Made by a program: the position numbers and the translations under genes | Notes under the pieces: generated by a model | Told to the model about the DNA's origin: nothing | Seen by the model: the letters and a program-made list of their open reading frames with translations, nothing else | Database searches by the model: none | Assembly: GCA_963422735.1 (NCBI GenBank) | Contig: OY730476.1 | Coordinates: forward strand, 2,752,001-2,816,000 | Direction: 5' to 3' | DNA length: 64,000 nucleotides | Origin: Candidatus Latescibacterota bacterium | GTDB lineage: Bacteria; Latescibacterota; UBA2968; UBA8231 | In this document: positions 10,023 to 18,116 of the stretch, piece after piece | How positions within the stretch are numbered: the first letter of the stretch is position 1 | Layout: every line of letters begins with the position of its first letter

Positions 10023-13000
10023 TCACAGCCCGAACCCAAAGTAGTAGCGCCACTTGTCGATTAGGGGATCGTCCTCGTCTCTGGAAACCCGCTTGCGATT
10101 GAGTGGATGCGCCACTTGGAAATAGGCGAACATGGGGATGCGGTAGAAGGTAAAAAGCTGTAGCCGCAACTCGCCGCCCACGTCGGTCAGGAATTTGTCG
10201 GTGTTGGGCCGAGACCGCCATCGCTTCCCTTTCCAGAAGTCAATGTCCTCAAAGCGCGAGAAGTTGCCCACCACTCCGGCTTCGGCGAATAGCTCGGCGT
10301 AGAGTTTGGAAAAGTTGAAGTTGATAAAGCGGCTGCTAATGCGCTTGAAAATCGGAAACCCGTAGCCGATGCGAGCGTAGAGCAGCTTGGTGCCAGAGTC
10401 GGTGAAATAGGGGTAGCCGCTGAGAAAGTTGCGCCCGCCGATATAGTAGCGCAGAGGCCAGTAGAAGCGGCCTTCAAATAAACCGCCTCCCTCGATATAG
10501 CGAGGCTTGAGCCGGATGTTTTTGTACGCGCCAATTAGATCGATGTTGAGCGAATTGTCGAACGGCAACCCGATCCGCTCGTTGTATGCAGCTACGTATT
10601 CATTGACTCGCAGGCGGCGCTCGACGTCAACGAACTGGTCGCGGGGAACTCCATCGGTAGGGGTTTGCTCGGCCAGTGAATCGGCCACAGTCGGCATCAG
10701 ATAGCGATAGACCAAGGCCAAAGCGCGGCCCGATGGACTGATCAAGCGGTCGGCCGTGGGGTTGATCTTCTGGTAGCGCCAAGACGCGCTCAAAAGGTGC
10801 GTGCGAAAAAAGCTGAGGTCTCCGTAGAATTTCAGCGGATCCTCGCTGTCAACCAACAGGGTGTCTTGGCCCAAAAGTGCCGGGTCTAAGATAGCCGACA
10901 CGTCATACATGGTAGAGTCTGGGGCCAAATATTTCTGCTGCCCCAAATAGATCTGGCTCTGGCTGCGGAAGCGGCGCAAGGTCCAACCCTCAGTGTAGTT
11001 GCGCCATATGTAGAGGGCGTTCAACTCGGAGCGCCGAGTCAGTGGCACATCGACGCCCACGGCGAGTTGCCCCAAGGCAGTCTTGAACAGATCTTGGCGA
11101 CTAGTGGCCTGATAGACATGTTGCTGGACGGCCGGGATGAGCAAGCTGGTGACCGAATCGACCGGGACCGGATAGATATTACCCACATCGAGCGTATCGA
11201 TCGCGATCTGGCTGTCCTTGATCAGGTTGTCGATCTCACGCCGCCGGCCCGCTACAAAAAATGAGGGATTGAAGGTCCGGTTGTTGCCCACCTGTGGCCG
11301 GAGTCGGCGCTCGTAGTAAAAGCCGGCATCCGTATTGAGATCGGTGGCGTCGCGCATGTTCTTGCCGACGATGCCCCAAGCCGTCAGCTCTTGGCCGCCA
11401 AACATGTCCCCGGTGGTAAACTGCAAGCCGCCGCTGGCTTGATTGAGGCCAAAAGTGTTGCCGACAAACGTGGGACCGACCTGTAGAATCGGGATGTAGC
11501 GCAAGACATTGCGCCCCCTGTATGACGCGACCTCGAACTGATCGGCGAGCTTGGGGCCGTCGAAGATGGAGCGATAGTCGCGCATAGCCACCGGCTCGAA
11601 GTGTGCATCGCGCTCGAATTGGCCCATCTCGAAGCGATAGAGACTATAGTCGTTGGAGTGGTAGGCACTGTACACCACGCTCTCGTCGGCGGCTACGGTC
11701 GGTACAAAGGCCCCGCCGATGACGTTGGTTAGCTGCTCGACTTCGTCGTTTTCCAAGCGGTAGCGGTAGATGTTGAAAATGCCGCTCTGGTCCGACGAAA
11801 ACACAAAACCCGAACCATCGGGCAGCCAGCACGGATCGCGCTCGTCGGCCGGCGAGGCAACGACCGCGCGGAACCCCGACGAATCAGGATGGGCGAAGGC
11901 AACGGTATCGGGAAAGACATCGATGGTTTCCTCGTCGTCTTCCTCGTCGTCGCTCTTCTTTTTGGCCTTCTCGAAGGTCTTTGGCCGCGGTGGGCTATCG
12001 GCGCGAATCATCGCAATATCGCGGTCCTCGCCGCGGAACACGCTGAAGAGCAGCCACTCGCCATCGGGCGAGAAGCGCGGCGCACTGTATTGGGTGGCGT
12101 TGTTGTTGTTCGTCAGATAGACCAAGTCCGTGCCGTCGCGATCTATGAGGCCGAGGTTGTTGGTCCCGTCCTCATTGTGTACGAAGGCGATGCGCTGGCC
12201 ATCGGGGGAGAACGAGGGGTCTTTGGCGCGCAGCCTGGCGCTGATGCGGCGCTCCTTGTCCGCGGCCAAATTGTAGATGTAGAGATCGTTAAAGCCGCCC
12301 TTATTGCGGGTAAAGACGATCTCCTTCCCGTCGGGCGACCAGCCAATCCGCGTATCTATCCAGCCTTTGAGCTTGGTCTTTTTTTGCGTCTCGAAATCGT
12401 AGATCTTGAGGGCCGTGATCGCAAAGTCCTGCTTCTCACTGGTGAGGTACGCCAGTTTTTTGCCGTCCGGCGACAGCGCAGGATGATATTCGAGCACGCC
12501 CTCGTTGACCTCGTCCAACGGCACACCTTCAAAGAAGCCCTGCCCGCGGATCTCGGATTCGAGGCGGCCGTAGTTCTCGGCCAAGAAGGCGACCCAATCC
12601 GCGTAAAACTGGTCGGAGGAAATGCCCAACACCCGGCGAATGGCCGGGTCGAAGCTCATCGAGCCGACCTGATGCGTCAGCTCATCTACCTTCTCAGCAC
12701 CGTACTGCTGATGGATATACACCATCATTGCGTAGCCCTGATTGTACACGAATTCGCCGTAGAACTTGCCCGTGCGGTCCCAGACCGTTCCCATCTCCCC
12801 CCACGAGAGCAGATCGTCTTCCAGCACTGCCATCCGCAGCAACATGTCGCGGTGCGAATCCCAGGAGTCGTAGCCAAATTTGTGCGCCCCGTACTGGGCG
12901 ATGCCCTCAGTCCAACCACGCGGGGTGTTGAGATGGTACAGCGGGAACTGAAACGCAATGTCCGGATTAGAGTCAAAGCGCGAGACCGAGAGTAGCGCGA

Positions 13001-13403
13001 ACTGGAAGGGCCATTTCTTGCGCGCCTTGTTGAGCGTAATGATGTGCGTCAACTCGTGCGAGACCACGTTTTTGATCCAATCGTGACTACCGCGCAGCTC
13101 AAAGTCGAGGCTAGTAGCCCAAATGGCCATGGTATTGCTGTAGTAGTTGGCCCAGCCGTTGCCTAGGATGTCGGAGTTGTCGAGGACGATGACGTGGATG
13201 GTGCGAAAATCATCGTAGTAGTCATAGGCCGCCGCCAAGGTAGGGAAGACCTCCTCGCAGGTTTCGGCCACTCGGCGCGCGGTGCCCTCGGCCCCAAGCG
13301 TGAAATGGACCCGGAAGTGATCCGTGACGATGGTTTGTGTCTGGGCTTGGGCCGCTCCGGCGAGGAACAGCGCGGCAATGGCAAAAAAAATCGCTCGGCG
13401 CAA
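10023..13403 (-). CDS. Secreted protein: gluzincin-like domain + PD40/TolB-like propeller + probable C-terminal outer-membrane beta-barrel
   Basis: Signal peptide (LRRAIFF...AQA), HELTH...EG zinc motif, repeated SPDG propeller motifs, C-terminal YYFGFGL; TTG start at 13403 inferred. Confidence 0.75.
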   Translation of the reverse strand: MRRAIFFAIAALFLAGAAQAQTQTIVTDHFRVHFTLGAEGTARRVAETCEEVFPTLAAAYDYYDDFRTIHVIVLDNSDILGNGWANYYSNTMAIWATSLDFELRGSHDWIKNVVSHELTHIITLNKARKKWPFQFALLSVSRFDSNPDIAFQFPLYHLNTPRGWTEGIAQYGAHKFGYDSWDSHRDMLLRMAVLEDDLLSWGEMGTVWDRTGKFYGEFVYNQGYAMMVYIHQQYGAEKVDELTHQVGSMSFDPAIRRVLGISSDQFYADWVAFLAENYGRLESEIRGQGFFEGVPLDEVNEGVLEYHPALSPDGKKLAYLTSEKQDFAITALKIYDFETQKKTKLKGWIDTRIGWSPDGKEIVFTRNKGGFNDLYIYNLAADKERRISARLRAKDPSFSPDGQRIAFVHNEDGTNNLGLIDRDGTDLVYLTNNNNATQYSAPRFSPDGEWLLFSVFRGEDRDIAMIRADSPPRPKTFEKAKKKSDDEEDDEETIDVFPDTVAFAHPDSSGFRAVVASPADERDPCWLPDGSGFVFSSDQSGIFNIYRYRLENDEVEQLTNVIGGAFVPTVAADESVVYSAYHSNDYSLYRFEMGQFERDAHFEPVAMRDYRSIFDGPKLADQFEVASYRGRNVLRYIPILQVGPTFVGNTFGLNQASGGLQFTTGDMFGGQELTAWGIVGKNMRDATDLNTDAGFYYERRLRPQVGNNRTFNPSFFVAGRRREIDNLIKDSQIAIDTLDVGNIYPVPVDSVTSLLIPAVQQHVYQATSRQDLFKTALGQLAVGVDVPLTRRSELNALYIWRNYTEGWTLRRFRSQSQIYLGQQKYLAPDSTMYDVSAILDPALLGQDTLLVDSEDPLKFYGDLSFFRTHLLSASWRYQKINPTADRLISPSGRALALVYRYLMPTVADSLAEQTPTDGVPRDQFVDVERRLRVNEYVAAYNERIGLPFDNSLNIDLIGAYKNIRLKPRYIEGGGLFEGRFYWPLRYYIGGRNFLSGYPYFTDSGTKLLYARIGYGFPIFKRISSRFINFNFSKLYAELFAEAGVVGNFSRFEDIDFWKGKRWRSRPNTDKFLTDVGGELRLQLFTFYRIPMFAYFQVAHPLNRKRVSRDEDDPLIDKWRYYFGFGL

Positions 13404-13550
13404 CGTGTATCCCTTTCGCAAAAAGGCGACCAGCAGCCAATTGCCGGTCGCTCCACAAGTTGTTGGGAAAATACTGGAGACCATACTCCCCGTCAAACGC
13501 CAGGGGGCCGCTTTCACGCGGCTGCGCCGTTGCTTATTATGTCTTGCGCC

Positions 13551-14222
13551 ATGCACTACACCATCCATCGCACCGACGACCTCGACCTTCCCGACGCCGA
13601 TTGGGAGCGTTCCCAATGGCAGGCAGCCGAGACCCTAGAGATTACCCACTTTTCCTGGGAGGATTCCAGCCATCGTCCCCGTACTCAGGCGCGCGTACTC
13701 TACGACAAGCGGGCACTATCCATTATCTTCCGCGTCGAGGATCGCTACGTCCGCGCCGTGGCCGAGTGCTTCCAAGATTCGGTCTGCGCCGATTCCTGCG
13801 TCGAGTTTTTCGTCGCGCCCCTGCTCGATTCACAAGCCTACTTCAATTTCGAGGTCAACTGCGGCGGCACCATGCTCCTGCACCGCTGCCCTTCAGCCGC
13901 AGAGCGCACCCAAGGCCGAGCGACCGAAAACGTCAGCGACGCCGACGGTACCACCATCCGCATTGCCACAACGCTTCCCCGGATCGTCGAGCCAGAGCGC
14001 ACCACCCCCACGACTTGGACGCTCGAGTACCGCGTCCCCTTCGCCCTCTTCGCCCAGTACTTCGGTGCCCAGACGCCAGCACCCGGCACTCAGTGGAAAG
14101 GCAACTTCTACAAGTGCGGCGACCGCACTTCCCACCCCCACTGGGGCACATGGGCACCGGTGGATACGCCCAAGCCCAGCTTTCACCAGCCAGACTTTTA
14201 TCAGCCGCTCGTCTTTGCCTAG
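13551..14222 (+). CDS. Carbohydrate-binding family 9-like protein
   Basis: DSCVEFF, YFNFEVN, GNFYKCGD, FHQP motifs. Confidence 0.75.
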   Translation: MHYTIHRTDDLDLPDADWERSQWQAAETLEITHFSWEDSSHRPRTQARVLYDKRALSIIFRVEDRYVRAVAECFQDSVCADSCVEFFVAPLLDSQAYFNFEVNCGGTMLLHRCPSAAERTQGRATENVSDADGTTIRIATTLPRIVEPERTTPTTWTLEYRVPFALFAQYFGAQTPAPGTQWKGNFYKCGDRTSHPHWGTWAPVDTPKPSFHQPDFYQPLVFA

Positions 14223-14295
14223 CGCGACTCCGCGTACCGCCTGAGCGCCGACATCGGCTCTGCACGTGAACGGTGGTACCGCTATTCTGAAGTAC

Positions 14296-16119
14296 TCACC
14301 CAAAAAGAGGGGAACTGTAGGAAGGCGAGCGGACAAAGCGTTTCAGCCCAAGATGCAAGCGAGCCTGAGCCGCCGGTCCCAAATGCACCTGGAGATACGG
14401 GTCCTCTACCTCAATGGCCTGATCTTGGCCTTCGTTGTTTTCGAGTTGGGCGCAAGTGAATTGGTGCTCGCCGAAGGAGCCGGCCTGCAAGAGGACGGGG
14501 CGGCCTTCTACTGGGTCCGTGTTCACTAGCGTCAGGCTAACTCCGTCGGAGCTGACCCGATCCGCTAGGGCCGCGACGTACTTGGGCAGACCGGGCCGAC
14601 GGCGTTGCGGGTCGAAATAGCGCACATGGGCCTGGAGCATCCCGCCGTTGTAGATCGCCGCTGGCGTGCCCAAGGCCATCTGGATCAGGGCTTCGGGCAG
14701 CACGGGATTGAGCTTCTGAAAGTGGTAGCACTCACGCGTCTCGGGATCGCTGTCGTCGTTCTCTAGGCGATTTAGGCTGTGGCAGATGCTGGAGTAGGTC
14801 GAGTCGATCACCTGATCGACATAGCTTGGGTTTTTGCCTTCGATAAAGGCGAACCAAGCCGTCGGGGGACAGATGCCGGCTTTGGCAGCGCCCCAATCGA
14901 GAGGCAGACCGGCAAAAGCGGCGCGGTCGGGGAAAACTTCGTCGAGGCGGGCCAAATCTCGATCGCTTTGGCTCAAGTAGTATAAATGAATGTACAAATA
15001 GGGATCGGCCGGCCGAAAATCAAACCAGCCTTGGTCGCCGTGGCGGGCCGGTACCTTGACGAGGCCGTCCTCCTCGCACCGCTGTTCCCAGAGCATGTCG
15101 AGCTGCGAGCGGGCCAAGTCCAAATGGGAATCATCGCCGGTCATGAGCAGGGCGCAACTGCCGGCCACTAGGGCCGGCTCGACGATATTGCGCGCTCCGT
15201 GCGGCCAGCGCCAGCCGTAGTACCCACCCCACCACTTGCCATCCATCAGTTCGCCAATGGTTCCCCTTGGCCCAACATTGTCGGGCATAATGCCGCCGTT
15301 GGCCGCGCATCGCTCCTCCCACGCCCGCAAATAATCGAGCACCCAGGCTTTGTATTGATCGTCGCCGGTGTAGAGATAGGCGTTGGTGATCAGGCTGGTG
15401 GCACTCAGGTTGAGGGGTACATCGCCGCGGGTCATGCGCTGGTTGATCGAGTCGAGGACCCGAGCGAATACTTCGTCGTCCGTCCAATCAACCTTGAAGA
15501 GCGGGTCGGAGCTGTAGGCACCTAAAATATCCTCAAAAGGCGCTAGGTAGTGGGCTAGGATGGGCCGGTGGTAATCCCAATCGACTTGGGTGGTGACAAA
15601 GCGCGGGCCCTTGCTGCCGTTGAGCGGCGAGCGGATCATCTTGCGCTGGGCGTCCCAATTGGGCGCCAGCGGATCGGCCCCGGTGTACATGGCGGCGTAG
15701 CGCAGGGCGCGGGTGCAGTTGATGTGGTGCTCGGGATCGGCCAAGGCCAGATAGTAGATGTAGGTATAGCTCTCGGAGTGGTGGAACCAATCAAAGCCGG
15801 TGACAAACTCGCGCTCAACCGTGCCGTAGTTGGCGTACTGCCAAGTGATGGCGTCCCACTCTTTGCAGGCGATCTGGTAGATGTGCTCGCCGCCGCCTAG
15901 CAGGTAAAACAGGGGGAACGATAGGAAAGCCTCGTAGCCATTGTCCGTGCCGTCCATACTGGTCCACTCCGTGCGCTGGATCAGGGTGCCGTCCGGACGG
16001 GTACTGTGCTCGACAAAGGGGTGGGCGGCGCGGTCCATCAGAGCGATCAAGTCGCGTTGGCGCACGGCCCAATGGGGTGGGGTTTTGCGGGTCTTAGCTG
16101 CAATGGATGCGCGGGTCAT
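14296..16119 (-). CDS. Conserved hypothetical host protein (607 aa, aromatic-rich); own ATG and RBS, in frame with the upstream phage fragment
   Basis: GAGGAACCCAAA-ATG at 16119 (MTRASIAAK); not part of the duplicated phage sequence. Confidence 0.75.
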   Translation of the reverse strand: MTRASIAAKTRKTPPHWAVRQRDLIALMDRAAHPFVEHSTRPDGTLIQRTEWTSMDGTDNGYEAFLSFPLFYLLGGGEHIYQIACKEWDAITWQYANYGTVEREFVTGFDWFHHSESYTYIYYLALADPEHHINCTRALRYAAMYTGADPLAPNWDAQRKMIRSPLNGSKGPRFVTTQVDWDYHRPILAHYLAPFEDILGAYSSDPLFKVDWTDDEVFARVLDSINQRMTRGDVPLNLSATSLITNAYLYTGDDQYKAWVLDYLRAWEERCAANGGIMPDNVGPRGTIGELMDGKWWGGYYGWRWPHGARNIVEPALVAGSCALLMTGDDSHLDLARSQLDMLWEQRCEEDGLVKVPARHGDQGWFDFRPADPYLYIHLYYLSQSDRDLARLDEVFPDRAAFAGLPLDWGAAKAGICPPTAWFAFIEGKNPSYVDQVIDSTYSSICHSLNRLENDDSDPETRECYHFQKLNPVLPEALIQMALGTPAAIYNGGMLQAHVRYFDPQRRRPGLPKYVAALADRVSSDGVSLTLVNTDPVEGRPVLLQAGSFGEHQFTCAQLENNEGQDQAIEVEDPYLQVHLGPAAQARLHLGLKRFVRSPSYSSPLFG

Positions 16120-16151
16120 TTTGGGTTCCTCTACAAAAAGTGAAAAGCATC

Positions 16152-16980
16152 TTTCGTATTTCCGCTTTCTATTGGTCTGGCGGTTTTGCTCAGTTAGCTG
16201 CTCGGCGATGCCTTCCAATCGCCCGAAGCGACGGTCGTGGTCTTGGGCTTGGGGAAATGTTTGGGGTTGTTCGTAATTGATTGAATTATCCCCCCCCAAA
16301 CCATTTTGGGATATATTGATGGCGATGTGTACCCAAGAGACGCCTTTGAGTTGGTGGCTCTTGGTCCACTCTTGTTCGCCTTCTTCCAGCTCGGTCATCT
16401 GGAAAATGTGCCCTCTTCGAGTGCGATCGGACTCGGACATGGGCACATGGCGCGTCAGTTGCTGAAGGTCGTAGCCCTCGGCGCCGTCGGCTTTAAAGTT
16501 TAGGTAGGCGCGAATACCTCCAGCCCACGGCGAGTTGCCGTCTTTGTTGCTTACCGGTTCCCACCAGCCTTTTGATTGGTATTCGAGCTTGACGCGTTCG
16601 CCATCGACCCATATGTAGGTGTTGCCTTTGGGGTCTGGTGTCTTGAGCGATTCCTCACTCAAGACGATGGCCAAGTCGACGCGATACTTCCGCCTCGTAG
16701 CTTGAAAAGCGTAGACGATCTGGCCGCCCACTCTCACCCCCTTACCTATCACCCATTGCCTTTCAACTGAGGCGGCCATCTCGGCCTGAACCGGGACGGG
16801 CCGCCCTTGCGTAGTAGCCCTCTTCGGCGGCGTAGAGAGTGCGCTGAGGACACCCAAACCGAAGGTCATGAGGGCTCCAGCCGGCGTTACCGCCCCAGCC
16901 GCGTAGGCCGCACCTAACAGGCCCCCCTGCAGGCCCAGCCCGCGAGCTTCGTCTCCGGTGATGTTGTCTAAGGGTACCAT
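16152..16980 (-). pseudogene. Truncated tail-tip/host-specificity gene (copy A), N-terminal ~275 codons only
   Basis: Near-identical to the N-terminus of 46663..51624; homology ends at about 16152. Confidence 0.85.
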
Positions 16981-16983
16981 GCT

Positions 16984-17487
16984 CTATTTAGGGGGATAAT
17001 ATATTCCCATACCTTTATATCCACCTGTTGCTAGTTGCGCCGCATACTGCCAGCCCATGTCCTCATGGTGTCGCTTGAGCTGAGCCTGGTGGTCCCAGCG
17101 TTCTGCCGACGTGTTTTCATGGAGCCACCAGATCAAATGCTTGAGCTCGCCAACCGTAACCCCATTCTGCTGCACGAGGCGCGAGACCATGCCGGCGTAT
17201 AACCATCGTCGGTTCCAGCCGTTCCCAGTGTCTTCCAGCATCTGTATGCGCCCTATGGCAGCACCCGGATTTTGCGATCGGGGCACAGCTATCTCGAATG
17301 GGATGGCCGTCGGGATGCGAAGACCCGAGTTCAGTCGCATCTTGCCGATCATTATGAGCTTCTTGGCTGTGTAGGTGAAGCCACCGTAGATCAGGTCGTG
17401 CTCGCCGGTCCACGCTCGCCAGACGCCGGCCTGACCGGATACGATAGAGCGGGATGCGCTGCCTAGCTCAATGGTGTATGCCTGCAT
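16984..17487 (-). CDS. Minor tail/baseplate hub protein (lambda gpL-like position), copy A
   Basis: Between Dit-like and tail-tip genes; same protein as 51628..52131. Confidence 0.55.
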   Translation of the reverse strand: MQAYTIELGSASRSIVSGQAGVWRAWTGEHDLIYGGFTYTAKKLIMIGKMRLNSGLRIPTAIPFEIAVPRSQNPGAAIGRIQMLEDTGNGWNRRWLYAGMVSRLVQQNGVTVGELKHLIWWLHENTSAERWDHQAQLKRHHEDMGWQYAAQLATGGYKGMGIYYPPK

Positions 17488-17522
17488 CTAAGATTTGTTC
17501 GACGATAAAGTTTTATCACACA

Positions 17523-18116
17523 TCAAACCACTTCTTCGATCACCAGCGTCCAAGGACCCATGTAGTCTGGCAGATAGACATTTTCGATGGGACGGATTAC
17601 TCGGGCACTAATCTTGGTCGCTGGGGACAGCGCATCTTCCGCATCCAGTCTTAGATTGGGCACGATGGTGATCTGGTCGGATGAGTTGCCCTCGACCACT
17701 TTGACCACGGACACCAGTCGGTTCGCTATGTTGGCATAGTGCCCCGCTTTGGCGTTGTGTTTTTTTAGAACGCCGGACAGCGTGAGCATTCCGTCTGTCG
17801 TAGTTGCTTTGCTGGTGTACGTCCCGCTCCATGATGGGCTATCGGGCTCGAAGGTTGGGAGTGGCAGGTTGATGTCGGCATGGTTGCTCTGACCTTGCAG
17901 CGCATGAAGCCAAGCGGCGATGGCCCTCGCTCTGTCTCCGTTTTTCTGTATCGGAATACGTATCCCGCCTTCAAACCGGTAGTACTGGTTGCCGCGCTCG
18001 TAGGTGTATCGCTGTCCTGTCACGGGGCTTACGTAGGCCGACTGGCCCGGTGTGGCTAGTCGCAGGTTGTAACGGTCTGGCGTCGCGCTCAGTGTGATAG
18101 TGGTTAGCTTTGCCAT
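17523..18116 (-). CDS. Distal tail-like protein, copy A
   Basis: Immediately downstream of tape measure; 197 aa; duplicate at 52167..52760. Confidence 0.55.
   Translation of the reverse strand: MAKLTTITLSATPDRYNLRLATPGQSAYVSPVTGQRYTYERGNQYYRFEGGIRIPIQKNGDRARAIAAWLHALQGQSNHADINLPLPTFEPDSPSWSGTYTSKATTTDGMLTLSGVLKKHNAKAGHYANIANRLVSVVKVVEGNSSDQITIVPNLRLDAEDALSPATKISARVIRPIENVYLPDYMGPWTLVIEEVV

Noticed and set aside
14296-16980. 894-aa ORF as one native gene
   Set aside because: It is a chimera of a truncated phage tail gene and a host gene with its own RBS and ATG at 16119
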